A stretch of DNA of 56,055 nucleotides, from IMG/VR virus record IMGVR_UViG_3300030107_004870, positions 1 through 56,055 of that record; one strand, 5' to 3'. The position numbers were made by a program, and so were the translations under genes. The notes beneath the pieces are model-generated. The model was given only the letters and a program-made list of their open reading frames with translations. It ran no database searches and had not been told where the DNA came from. Position 1 is the stretch's first letter; every line of letters begins with the position of its first letter. The DNA comes from a virus (lineage: Duplodnaviria > Caudoviricetes). Shown here piece after piece: positions 35,276 to 44,618 of the stretch.

Positions 35276-36586
35276 TTATTCTTCTATTGGTTTAAGTGGT
35301 TCAATTATTACTTTTCCATTTTCATCAGTCCAACTTGTATCAATCATGTGTTGGTCTTGTCTTTCACCAATTACCATCCAAGATACAGTTGCAGTTGATT
35401 CTGAATTTTGTGATTCAATGGTAAGTACATTACCTGAAATACTTCCTTTGACTGCATCCCAGCTTGATTCGTTTGAAGTAAAACATTGAACATCTGTATT
35501 TAAAGCTACAAAAGTTCCTTCAGTCATACCTGCTACAGTATCAATATTAATTGTTGCTGTACCATTTATTAAATCTACTTTACCTCTATAAATATTATCT
35601 GCTTGTGGACCTTCTACAAAAGAATGAATTAAATAATGTGTATCTTTTTTAGCTTCTAATGGATGGTCAATTTTAAATGACCCAGAACCTTTTGACAAAG
35701 AACCAGAAATACTAACATTTCCAGAATTATTTACAGTTAAACCACTTGAACCTGAATTACCTAAACAAATTGTGTTGTCTCCTGAAGCCGAACCTGCATT
35801 ACCATAAAGACCTTGTGTAGATATAGTTCCATTATTAGCTTTTACTTTAAGTTGGACCGGTACTGTATCGCCATTTCCATTAGCTTCAAATATTGATGCA
35901 ACTGAGCCTGTATGACCATCCACAGTCATTGGTTTATTGAATGTAGCAGCACCAGCTTCGGAACTATCTATAGTAAGTGCTGTAATACTTGAGCCACCAT
36001 CATTGACTTTAAAAAGCATATCGGCATCTGACCTTTCACTTTTTACAATAAAGTTTGTGCCATCATTTTCTAAAGAACCAAATTGTGTGCCATCATCTTG
36101 TAAATTTATATCTCCACCACCACAATCTAAAACAATATCTCCTGCAACATCAATAGTTAAATTGCCACTAGATAAATCTATTTCTGTACCATCAATAGTA
36201 ATGTTGTCTACAGTAATACCACCATCGACATCTAGTGTTCCCGGAAGTGTGACATTACCACTAGCATCTTCATGCACAGCTTTACTTGCAGGCATGGTAC
36301 AAAATACATCTTTAGTTCCTGAAGAAAAATTAACTGCGGAGTCTGAGTTAGAACTGCTTATGACTGTAGTTCTAGCCAATGTGTCTGGAGAAGCATCGGT
36401 CACTGTGCCTAAACCAACTTCAAATTCTGCTGCTGTTTGATGAGCGATTGCGTAGTAAGTAGTATTAGAATTACCAATTCCTGCTACAAAAGTTTCAAAG
36501 CCGGTTTCGGCTCCAGCTAAATTAACTGTGCCTGTTCCGGTTGTAGTAGTGGTTTCTTTTACTCTGTCGTTTAATACTAATGCCAT
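35276..36586 (-). CDS. Tail fibre/spike with C-terminal intramolecular chaperone-like domain
   Basis: MALVLNDRVKET..EVGLGT N-terminus; GSFKIDHPL..LIHSFVEGP..YRG C-terminus. Confidence 0.8.
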   Translation of the reverse strand: MALVLNDRVKETTTTTGTGTVNLAGAETGFETFVAGIGNSNTTYYAIAHQTAAEFEVGLGTVTDASPDTLARTTVISSSNSDSAVNFSSGTKDVFCTMPASKAVHEDASGNVTLPGTLDVDGGITVDNITIDGTEIDLSSGNLTIDVAGDIVLDCGGGDINLQDDGTQFGSLENDGTNFIVKSERSDADMLFKVNDGGSSITALTIDSSEAGAATFNKPMTVDGHTGSVASIFEANGNGDTVPVQLKVKANNGTISTQGLYGNAGSASGDNTICLGNSGSSGLTVNNSGNVSISGSLSKGSGSFKIDHPLEAKKDTHYLIHSFVEGPQADNIYRGKVDLINGTATINIDTVAGMTEGTFVALNTDVQCFTSNESSWDAVKGSISGNVLTIESQNSESTATVSWMVIGERQDQHMIDTSWTDENGKVIIEPLKPIEE

Positions 36587-36628
36587 AGTCTTGTGTAAAG
36601 TTTATGCTTTGTATTATATACTTAATTA

Positions 36629-36880
36629 ATGGAGTACATAATTGAAAAGTTTTTTGAGTGGGAAAATGGTCCTGCTGTGGTAGCAGTCAATGAGCAAGAA
36701 GATTATATGGTGGGTTTTTTTATACCTTACGATAGTGTCACTGACGATTGGGTTGTTGCTGATGGTGCTCAACTTTATGATTTTTATATAGATGGTATGC
36801 AGCTTACTGAGGGAGAATTTGAAGCTGAATTTGGCATTATTGGGGAAGATTTGCCTGAGCTACCTATGGACAAAGTTTAG
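36629..36880 (+). CDS. Highly acidic small protein (candidate immunity/antitoxin or DNA mimic)
   Basis: 21 Asp/Glu vs 2 Lys in 83 aa; ATG 6 nt after TATACT, no SD; stop overlaps stop of convergent effector gene. Confidence 0.65.
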   Translation: MEYIIEKFFEWENGPAVVAVNEQEDYMVGFFIPYDSVTDDWVVADGAQLYDFYIDGMQLTEGEFEAEFGIIGEDLPELPMDKV

Positions 36881-38700
36881 TATTTTTCAAAATAATTTTT
36901 CCAAGAAGGATGTATTTTTTCTTCTGCTTCGCCAAATCTTTTTTGCATAATTTCTACTAATTCATTTAAAATTTTTCTATCAGAAGCTTTTACTCTTTTT
37001 TGACCTTTTACTTTTGTTTGAAGTTCTCTCCAAGCTTCATAAAAATGATGATTCTCTTCTGAGGCTTTTTGCATTTGGCTAGGACCTATAGAAATTTCTG
37101 CAACTATACTTTTTCCAGCATTCGGTCCTTTTTTAGCTTCAAAAACTATATTAAGTTTTCTATCTATGTAGCCATGTGGATTTTTTTGAAAGCCAGAGTC
37201 TATAACTTTATAATTTTTATGCAGCTCTTGAACAATTAAATCCGCAGAAGCAGTGTCTTCCGCAATAACTCTGGTTCTTAATAAATCTGTAATTCTGCCA
37301 ATATTATCATTGTATTTTTGACCAGCCTTTTCAACCATTCTAGGAATTTGTTTAATTACTCCCTTTTGTATTTCTGGATATTCTACATCAAATTCAAGTT
37401 TTATTGACTCGCCCGGATTGACTGTGTATTCAAAAAGCTCATCCTTTTTGCCTTTGTAGTTTTCAAAATATTTATCAGTGACTCTTTTTCCTACAGCTTC
37501 TATTTCATCTACATATTCTTTTGCCATGCTGCCAGCAATTTTTCTTGCTTCGTTTGCAACTAACTCTACATCGTCTATAGTAGAAAATAATCCAGCATTG
37601 TTATTTCGAGTAAAAACATTTGCTACTTCATATTCAAGTTTTGGGCTTATTTGTCTAAGAGGTGGCTCAAAAGTTGGGTTGCCGATTTTGGGTTGTACTT
37701 TTGTTGCGTCTTCAACTCTTTTTTGATTTTTTAGTTTTTTTCTTTCAAAGTCATAAATTTTAAAATTGTCTTTTGAATTAAAAACTTTAACCGGAACTTC
37801 ATCTACATTGCCTCTGGAGCTTAATGCTTCAAAAGAAGATTTTCCACCAAGCAAGGTATAAGTATCATCTGGATTTTTTAAAACTTCTAAAGGCTGTCTA
37901 GGGTTGGCAGATACTCCTTTGTAAGTAAAACCTTCCTCTCCAATTTTTAAAAGTCTATCTGCTAAGTTAATTCTGTCTGGGTCATTTGACATTATAGGCT
38001 TGCCACCAACTCCAACATCAAACTTAATTTTGCTTAAAGGTAAATTAAAATCAGAGCCTTTTGTATCTATACCGGAAACGTTTGGTTGTGGTTTTGAGTC
38101 TACGTTGCCAATTTTTCCTGCTTTATAGGCTCTTCTTAGCATAGGTATCATGGTTAATGCTTCAAAAGGAGCTTTAATTAATGTGCCTGCGGCTGAAACT
38201 ATAGGAGCAGCTGGACCTGATAAACCTATTGCTCCAAGCAATGCAGTATCAAATAAACTGCCTATGCCTTGAAAAGTAGCATCAAGATAATTACCTTCAC
38301 GCAAATTTTCTGGCAAAGATGGATATTTTTCTGCATCTACCATGTATTGTGGTAAATCAGCCATTGTGACAGTTTTATCTGGAAATACAGCCATTTGTCC
38401 TGCTGTATCTGGATAACTAGCACCCGGAAGAACATTTAGCCCTATATAAGTTTTTTGTGGACCGGTCATATTATACAAAGCGGATGCTACATCTGTTGTA
38501 ATGTCTGTTGCTGCTTTTTGTTTTTGAAAATTTTGCATAGCTCTGTCCATTTGGAATTGAGCTAAATTACCAAAAAAAGATGGCTTTTCTTGGTAGTTTT
38601 CTTTTTTTATTTCAGCTGATGGTTTTATTTCAGTTGGTGGAGCAAAAGCTGGGCTTGTACTAAGAAAAGGCTGTTCTGCAAATATGTCTCGTTCTGCCAT
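36877..38700 (-). CDS. Multidomain effector: low-complexity/hydrophobic N-terminus, ParB-like domain, C-terminal RelA/SpoT-like nucleotidyltransferase
   Basis: PLEV..DDTYTLLGG...VPVKV (ParB/Srx pattern); K..RMVEK..Y..ITDLLRTR..GYIDRKLNI..AEISI..HHFYE (RelA_SpoT pattern). Confidence 0.7.
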   Translation of the reverse strand: MAERDIFAEQPFLSTSPAFAPPTEIKPSAEIKKENYQEKPSFFGNLAQFQMDRAMQNFQKQKAATDITTDVASALYNMTGPQKTYIGLNVLPGASYPDTAGQMAVFPDKTVTMADLPQYMVDAEKYPSLPENLREGNYLDATFQGIGSLFDTALLGAIGLSGPAAPIVSAAGTLIKAPFEALTMIPMLRRAYKAGKIGNVDSKPQPNVSGIDTKGSDFNLPLSKIKFDVGVGGKPIMSNDPDRINLADRLLKIGEEGFTYKGVSANPRQPLEVLKNPDDTYTLLGGKSSFEALSSRGNVDEVPVKVFNSKDNFKIYDFERKKLKNQKRVEDATKVQPKIGNPTFEPPLRQISPKLEYEVANVFTRNNNAGLFSTIDDVELVANEARKIAGSMAKEYVDEIEAVGKRVTDKYFENYKGKKDELFEYTVNPGESIKLEFDVEYPEIQKGVIKQIPRMVEKAGQKYNDNIGRITDLLRTRVIAEDTASADLIVQELHKNYKVIDSGFQKNPHGYIDRKLNIVFEAKKGPNAGKSIVAEISIGPSQMQKASEENHHFYEAWRELQTKVKGQKRVKASDRKILNELVEIMQKRFGEAEEKIHPSWKNYFEKY

Positions 38701-38715
38701 GTGGCATTATAACAA

Positions 38716-39513
38716 TTAATGTAAGCCTTGTACTTTTCTGTTTAAGATAGCTTTTACTCTGTGATTAGGAAAGCTGCCTTTGTATTGCGGAAAATATTCT
38801 TCAAGCTGCTTGGCTATTTTTCTGTAGCCTAAGCCTCTGTCTCTTAGTTTGTAAATAACTTCCAATACTTTTTGTTCTTCTTCGTTTGGTATAAGTTTCA
38901 TTCTTCTTTTAATTCTGTTTCCGGACTTAACTTTTTCTTCTACCTTGTCATAACCAAAAGGAGTAGAGCCACCAATGGAATAGCCTTTAGGTGCCCAAGC
39001 TAATTTGCCTTCTTTGAATTTGTCTACAGTAGAGCCATGTTCTATTTCTGCTACTGCTGATAAAACCATAACCATAATCTTATTAACCATCTCATTCATA
39101 TCAAACTTAGAGTGCAAGCTCGACTTGTTTTTTTTCTTAGGATAAGAAATTGGCATGTCGCCAAATTGCTCACAAAGATAATAAGTTATTCCGGTCTCTT
39201 CAAAAATAGGTATGGTTTGCAATAAATCTCCAGAGCTTCTTGATAATCTATCAAGCCTAGTTGAAACAATAATGTCGTGCTCATCCATTACATCAGTAAG
39301 TTCTCTTGAGCCTTTTCTTTCGGTTATTGGTACAGTGCCTGATACTCCAGCATCAATAAAAAACTTATCAACTTGTTTGTTAAATTTATTCATAACAAAC
39401 TCATTGATTAATTGTTTTTGTGTATCTATAGAAATACCATTTACTGCTTGCTCTGTAGTAGAAACTCTTACATAGCCATAAATGTTGTTTATTTGTTTAT
39501 TAGGACCAATCAT
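38716..39513 (-). CDS. Serine recombinase (resolvase domain + short recombinase-type C-terminus)
   Basis: YGYVRVST catalytic Ser, DAGVSG, RLDRLSR, GGSTPFGY. Confidence 0.92.
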   Translation of the reverse strand: MIGPNKQINNIYGYVRVSTTEQAVNGISIDTQKQLINEFVMNKFNKQVDKFFIDAGVSGTVPITERKGSRELTDVMDEHDIIVSTRLDRLSRSSGDLLQTIPIFEETGITYYLCEQFGDMPISYPKKKNKSSLHSKFDMNEMVNKIMVMVLSAVAEIEHGSTVDKFKEGKLAWAPKGYSIGGSTPFGYDKVEEKVKSGNRIKRRMKLIPNEEEQKVLEVIYKLRDRGLGYRKIAKQLEEYFPQYKGSFPNHRVKAILNRKVQGLH

Positions 39514-39540
39514 TTTGTGTACTTTACAGCATAAATAAAT

Positions 39541-39628
39541 GTTTGTAAATACTTGTAATAATTTGTAAATAGTGTATTATGACTATATGATTAATTATAA
39601 AAACAAAGGAGGTGTTAATCATGGCTGA
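39541..39628 (+). promoter_or_regulatory. Early promoter with tandem TTTGTAAATA boxes and leaderless uORF
   Basis: TTGTAA-16-TATTAT-GACTAT-ATG (39587-39628), AAGGAGGTGTTAATC-ATG 39621. Confidence 0.8.
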
Positions 39629-39839
39629 AAAAGCTAGAAAATATAAAATTCCACTTAATGTAAATGCTAAGCTGGGTGCTGATAAGGCAGCTAGCTTAAT
39701 TAAAGACAGCTTAGAAGTTTACCAAAGAGCACAAAAAAATAACCCAAAAGACCCAAAGGGTAATTATGATGCTCTTGAGCTTGATTATTTAGTTTGGGCT
39801 CTTAAGAAAGTTCTTAAACAAGTTGAAGGAGGTGCTTAA
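39621..39839 (+). CDS. Hypothetical early protein
   Basis: Strong SD, first gene of early operon. Confidence 0.75.
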   Translation: MAEKARKYKIPLNVNAKLGADKAASLIKDSLEVYQRAQKNNPKDPKGNYDALELDYLVWALKKVLKQVEGGA

Positions 39840-39841
39840 TC

Positions 39842-40135
39842 ATGAATGAAGAAAAGAAAGTGAAACAGTTTAGTAATTTAGGAATATGGGTACAACATCC
39901 TAGTAAAAGAAAACAGTTAATTTGGGAAAAGTTAGTAGAAGGCGATGTTTTAGAAGATAAAGATTTGATTAACAAAGTTAAAGAACTATCGCAAAAATCA
40001 CCACCTTATAAAATATGGAAAGCAGGTAGATTAGCGTCTGGTTCAAAAAATTGTTTTGAAGATTATAAACAACGTACTAACAAAATTTTTCAACAAAAAG
40101 AAAAAGATATAGTGGATAAAGGAGAATATAAATGA
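39842..40135 (+). CDS. Hypothetical early protein
   Basis: SD GGAGG. Confidence 0.7.
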   Translation: MNEEKKVKQFSNLGIWVQHPSKRKQLIWEKLVEGDVLEDKDLINKVKELSQKSPPYKIWKAGRLASGSKNCFEDYKQRTNKIFQQKEKDIVDKGEYK

Positions 40136-40455
40136 CAACGAAATTAACTAAAAAAGTATATTCAGATAGAGAAGATAGTCTTGCGTCTATTAAGATAATA
40201 GAGCCAAAGGAGGAGATAGAAACTAGCATACACAAACAAGCAGAAAAACTTTGGTATGACACTTGGGTTAAACAAGGTAAAAAAGATATTGGCACTTGTA
40301 CTTTGGGCACTCACATAATTACTTCGGTTGGGATAAGAATACAAGCTCCACCGGTGCAAGGTGCTATGTCTAAATTTTATTCATCAGAGCCTGTGCTACA
40401 GTTTTTAGCAGAGCATGGGATAAGTGCAAAATACGAAGATGGGAGAATTGATTGA
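40132..40455 (+). CDS. Hypothetical early protein
   Basis: SD AGGAG, ATGA overlap. Confidence 0.7.
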   Translation: MTTKLTKKVYSDREDSLASIKIIEPKEEIETSIHKQAEKLWYDTWVKQGKKDIGTCTLGTHIITSVGIRIQAPPVQGAMSKFYSSEPVLQFLAEHGISAKYEDGRID

Positions 40456-40580
40456 TGGAAGGTTATAAAAAAGGCACGTTGCTGCAAGAGTATTTTTTAA
40501 ATCCTCATTTCAAACCAACTGAGGAAGAGAGAAAAGAATTAGAAAAATTATTTTTAAAAGGCAAGGAGACAGAAATATGA
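40455..40580 (+). CDS. Small hypothetical protein (41 aa)
   Basis: Manual ORF MEGYKKGTLLQEYFLNPHF...; coupled on both sides. Confidence 0.6.
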   Translation: MEGYKKGTLLQEYFLNPHFKPTEEERKELEKLFLKGKETEI

Positions 40581-40816
40581 GTGAACTTACTATAAAGCAG
40601 TTAAGAATGCCGGTTGGTTTAAAAGTAGGCGGCTACGAAATGACTAACTGTTGTGGCGGCAAAATAAAAGAACCAAAAAATTGTTCTGTTTGTGGCAGAG
40701 AACTATTTGAAGTTTATGGTTTGAAAGACGAAATTGAATTTAGGTCAAAAGGTTTTTCATCTCATAAACTCATGAGTCAATATGCCAAAGGCAGAGAAGG
40801 TAGGGAGTGGACATGA
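40577..40816 (+). CDS. Small Cys-containing (Zn-ribbon-like) protein
   Basis: CC...CSVC; SD AGGAG. Confidence 0.65.
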   Translation: MSELTIKQLRMPVGLKVGGYEMTNCCGGKIKEPKNCSVCGRELFEVYGLKDEIEFRSKGFSSHKLMSQYAKGREGREWT

Positions 40817-41043
40817 GCGTGCATGAAAACGAAGTTTTGTGGGAGCAAGTTTACGATGAGGTAAACGATATGACCATGAAAGAAAAAATAAATTACTGTG
40901 TGAAGTTTGATTTGTACATAAATTTTTCAGCAGGTGCAAAATACTTTAAAAGTTATTTGGACGATTTAATAGCTTCAGAAATTTATGCCAGCCGGGAAAG
41001 TTTAAGAAACTCTATAAAGGAGGTTGTAAACAATGGAGACTAA
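40813..41043 (+). CDS. Hypothetical early protein
   Basis: SD GGGAG; ATGA overlap. Confidence 0.65.
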   Translation: MSVHENEVLWEQVYDEVNDMTMKEKINYCVKFDLYINFSAGAKYFKSYLDDLIASEIYASRESLRNSIKEVVNNGD

Positions 41044-41155
41044 AGAAGCTTTGGATTTAATTTACAACGAGCTTTACAGCAATGGTAAAAACAGAAGAAA
41101 CAAAAAACTAGATGCAGCAATGGATGTTATTACTGAAAAATGTATGAGTAAATAG
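41033..41155 (+). CDS. Small hypothetical protein (40 aa)
   Basis: Manual ORF METKEALDLIYNELYS..., SD AGGAGG. Confidence 0.6.
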   Translation: METKEALDLIYNELYSNGKNRRNKKLDAAMDVITEKCMSK

Positions 41156-41231
41156 TTGCACATTTTTGTAAAAACATGTAATATGACTATATGATTAATT
41201 CAAAAAACAAAAAAGGGAGGTGTTAATCATG
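41150..41231 (+). promoter_or_regulatory. Early promoter with leaderless uORF
   Basis: TTGCAC-17-TAATAT-GACTAT-ATG (41191-41226, MINSKNKKGRC*), GGGAGGTGTTAATC-ATG 41229. Confidence 0.8.
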
Positions 41232-41624
41232 AATGACTATGTTATCTATCACGCCAATAATCTTGGCACTGCTGCTGATGGGTTTACTAAAGTAGCTGTG
41301 GTATCAGCTCACAGCTTGGGCGAGGCTTTCAGACTTTCAAACAATATTGAGGAAAGCTGGGTTGATAATTGCGATGTATTTTCTGTCAATGATGAGCTGC
41401 TATTTAGTGTGAATGGGCTTAGGTCTACTTCTTCCGGAGATGTCATATTTGACTCTAACGAAGGTAAGTTCTACTTCTTAGTTCCGATGGGCTATGAAAA
41501 CGATGGAGATACTATTCCGGTTGATGACTTCAATATCAAAGGTTTCTTGGATTTTTATTCTAATGGCGTTCTCTTCAAAGAAGATGGTTTCTACGAAGAG
41601 AGATTAAAAAAGGAGGTGCTGTAA
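41229..41624 (+). CDS. Acidic hypothetical protein with RSTSSGDV motif (YodL-like)
   Basis: R-S-x-S-x-G-D-V motif; strong SD. Confidence 0.6.
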   Translation: MNDYVIYHANNLGTAADGFTKVAVVSAHSLGEAFRLSNNIEESWVDNCDVFSVNDELLFSVNGLRSTSSGDVIFDSNEGKFYFLVPMGYENDGDTIPVDDFNIKGFLDFYSNGVLFKEDGFYEERLKKEVL

Positions 41625-42088
41625 TGGCTGAATATATTAGAACCGGCTCTCTCTTCGCAGAAGAGGAAGCCAAACAAAAAAGCTATGTAAGTGTTTTAGA
41701 TGCTTACTTCGATAAAATGTTTAAGGCGGCTAAAAAAGCAGCACAAAAGGCAGCTGACGAATGTGTGCCTAATCCGGTTGCTTTTCAAGCCAACAGCAAT
41801 TTGTTGGAAGATGTTTTCGATGAGTCAAAGCCTTATGATGTTTGCCTAGATGGTCAATGTGGTGGTGCTTATCTTAGAGTGATAGGTCCTAGCAAAAACA
41901 TGATGGTCAAGGAGCTCAAGAAAAAAGGCTTAATCAGTGGAGACTATTACATGGGTTATTCTCTTAGTGTTAAATATGACAGCAAGGGAAGTCAGAGTGC
42001 TGACAGAGCTGAGGCAGCAGCCAACGCTTACAGCAAGGTAATTAGAAAATATGGCATTCCTAATCAGGTTGTCACTTACTTAACTTAG
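41624..42088 (+). CDS. Conserved hypothetical phage protein
   Basis: CGGAYL..SQSADRAEAAANAY pattern; SD AGGAGG. Confidence 0.7.
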   Translation: MAEYIRTGSLFAEEEAKQKSYVSVLDAYFDKMFKAAKKAAQKAADECVPNPVAFQANSNLLEDVFDESKPYDVCLDGQCGGAYLRVIGPSKNMMVKELKKKGLISGDYYMGYSLSVKYDSKGSQSADRAEAAANAYSKVIRKYGIPNQVVTYLT

Positions 42089-42098
42089 GAGGGAAATA

Positions 42099-43655
42099 AT
42101 GGAAGAATTAACATTAGAAGAAAAGCAATATTTATATGGCTTATTAGAAGACGCTTTGTTTAAGCATAAAAAATATCTTGAAACGCAAGGAGAATATCCT
42201 GATGGAGAAACGTCTGCGTCAGGCTATAAGCTACCGAGTCAGTCAAAGCTTATTAGTATTTTTAAATCAATTTACGCTAAGGTTTAAGGAGTGGAGAAAG
42301 AAATGAAAGACGTTATGAATGAATACAGAATGCTATATCGTTCTGATAAATTTGAAGGCTTGCATAAGGTTTTTATACTCGCTAAAAATCATCATGAAGC
42401 TGAGGATATAGTAATGAATACTTTTGAAGTGCCTAAACAATGGATAGTAAATATTTCTACTCAAAGATTAAATGTAGATGTATTAGTTGAAGGTGGTAAT
42501 GTAAATGAAATATATAAAAAGGAGGTAGCATGAAAAAATTTAAAAGATATTTTAGATTAATGAACTTGTTGTTTGACTCTAATTGGCAGCACAGTTCTCC
42601 GGAAAAAATGAAAAAAATCTTAATGCAACACATAGGTCGAGCTATTGTTGCAGATAACGATTGGATTTCATTTAACTCGGTATATAAAGCTTGGAAGTTT
42701 TATAAAACCAAAACTTTTGACTCTAAGAAAAAAAATTATCTAGCCATGATGGAGATTGTCTAATGGAGCTTATTATTTGGAACAAAGGCGTACAAGGTAT
42801 TAAGTATTTATGCGATAAGTGCTCAAAAAATGTTAGCGAATCAGAAGGTCTCTGGGTCGTTGGCACTTGGTTAGAAAATGGCACTTGGTTAGAAAATAAA
42901 TCAGTTTGTTTTAGTTGCATGAAAGATGAGAGGAAAAAGAAGAGAAGAGGTGAAGAATGTTAAAAACATTAAGTATTACAAACGAAGATTATATAAATTT
43001 TCTTGAAACAAAGGATGGAAAATATCTTAATAAACTTAGCAATATACTTTCAGATGGCTATGTAAATATGCAAACTCATCCGACTAAAAAGCCTCAAGAA
43101 GTAGTTCCTCATATCTTTTTGCTTATGGCTCTAAGAGATAGTAGTAAATTATTGCAAAAACATATTTCAAAAAAATATGGAAACAAAAATCAAATGCTTT
43201 ATATAGAAAAGGTGAAGAATGAAAACTAAAATTAAATATGCAGGAAAACTTACTGCCAAAACTTTAGAAGATTTAAACAGAAACCTAAACAGGAGAAAAA
43301 AAATGAAAAAAGAAAGAATATCTATACCGCCAAACAATGAAAAGCTTTGGAGATATATGACAGAAGGATTATCAGGGAGAGCGAAAGCAGATACTTTGCC
43401 CTCTTATCCTGAAAGGATAAAAAGATTAGGAACATAATTGAAAAGAATAATATGGAGCGTGATAAAGAATTTGCAAATAATGTTTATCTAATGATTTCTG
43501 GATTCATGGATAAAATAAGTTCTGTTGAAGATTTAGAAGAATATTATTTAATAAATAAAAAAGCAATCTCAACAATGAAAGAACATGATATTAATTGTTA
43601 TGATAAGTTGATAGATGATTTTAAAAAAAGAAAAAACGAAATAAATAGGAAATAA
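42099..43655 (+). CDS. Run of small hypothetical early genes (42099-42287, 42291-42533, 42530-42763, 42763-42963, 42957-43229, 43219-43437, 43452-43655)
   Basis: Abutting or overlapping ORFs, most with purine-rich SD; 42763-42963 has CxxC..CxxC and an 18-bp tandem duplication at 42861-42896. Confidence 0.65.
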
Positions 43656-43685
43656 AATGAAAAGATAGAATGATATACTACTAAA

Positions 43686-44618
43686 ATGAAAAGAGGATTA
43701 ATTTTAGTAGCAGGATTATTACTAGCATACAATATTCAAGCAGCTCAAACAGGAGATTGTAGTGCTGGACAACAGTATTGTGAACAAAACAGTTTAAACA
43801 CTACGAACACTACTACTACTAATAATACTAATACGAATACTAACACCAATAATAATACTAATACCAATACCAATACCAATACCAATACTAGCACTAACAC
43901 TAACACTAATACTAGTACAGCTACGAACACTAATACTAATACTTCAACAGTAAGTTCTACTTCAACTCAAACTGCTACAAACAATAACACAAATAACAAC
44001 ACTAATACTAATAACAACACTAGCAACAGTACATCTAATGTCACAACAGCTAACTCAAATACAAACACTAATAGCAGCACTAACACTAATAATAACAACA
44101 ATACCTCTAGCTCAACACAAACCATAGAGCAAGACATTAAATCTCCTCCAGCCTCTGCGATTGCTCCTAGTATCATGTCTTACTCACAAGACCTTTGCAC
44201 CACAGGCGTGTCAGGTGCATTTCAAGGACAACTTTTTGGTTTTTCTACCGGTAAATCTGTACGAGATGAAAATTGTGAACGCTTAAAACTTTCTAAATAC
44301 TTATACGATTCTGGCATGAAAGTAGCTGCTGTATCTATTCTTTGTCAAGACCCTAGAGTATTTAAAGCTATGCGTATGGCAGGTACTCCTTGTCCTTTCT
44401 TTGGTAAAGTTGGTGATGAAGCTGCAAAAGCATGGGCTTATAGTCCAGAAAAAATGCCTACTTATGAATTAGATAAAAAAGAATTTTTTAAAGTTTGTAC
44501 AAAAACTAGATGGAAAAATGGCAAGTATCAAGGCATACCTAAAAGCAGAGCTTCTTGTCAAAAAGAACATTACGCTTTACTAGAAGCGGAAAGAGCAAAG
44601 TATAAAAACGATGGTTAA
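43686..44618 (+). CDS. Secreted Cys-rich protein with Asn/Thr low-complexity repeat
   Basis: Signal peptide MKRGLILVAGLLLAYNIQA; ~110-aa (NT)n tract; PPASAIAPS..DLC..CERLKL..CQDPRV..GTPCP domain. Confidence 0.8.
   Translation: MKRGLILVAGLLLAYNIQAAQTGDCSAGQQYCEQNSLNTTNTTTTNNTNTNTNTNNNTNTNTNTNTNTSTNTNTNTSTATNTNTNTSTVSSTSTQTATNNNTNNNTNTNNNTSNSTSNVTTANSNTNTNSSTNTNNNNNTSSSTQTIEQDIKSPPASAIAPSIMSYSQDLCTTGVSGAFQGQLFGFSTGKSVRDENCERLKLSKYLYDSGMKVAAVSILCQDPRVFKAMRMAGTPCPFFGKVGDEAAKAWAYSPEKMPTYELDKKEFFKVCTKTRWKNGKYQGIPKSRASCQKEHYALLEAERAKYKNDG
43797..44120 (+). repeat. Degenerate hexamer microsatellite (AAYACN)n encoding NT repeats
   Basis: aatacc/aatact/aacact arrays in frame. Confidence 0.85.

Noticed and set aside
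42861-42896. 18-bp tandem duplication (GTWLEN x2)
   Set aside because: Simple in-frame duplication with no further structure
43797-44120. Repeat tract as CRISPR array or DGR
   Set aside because: In-frame degenerate hexamers encoding Asn/Thr; no spacers, cas or reverse transcriptase gene in the window
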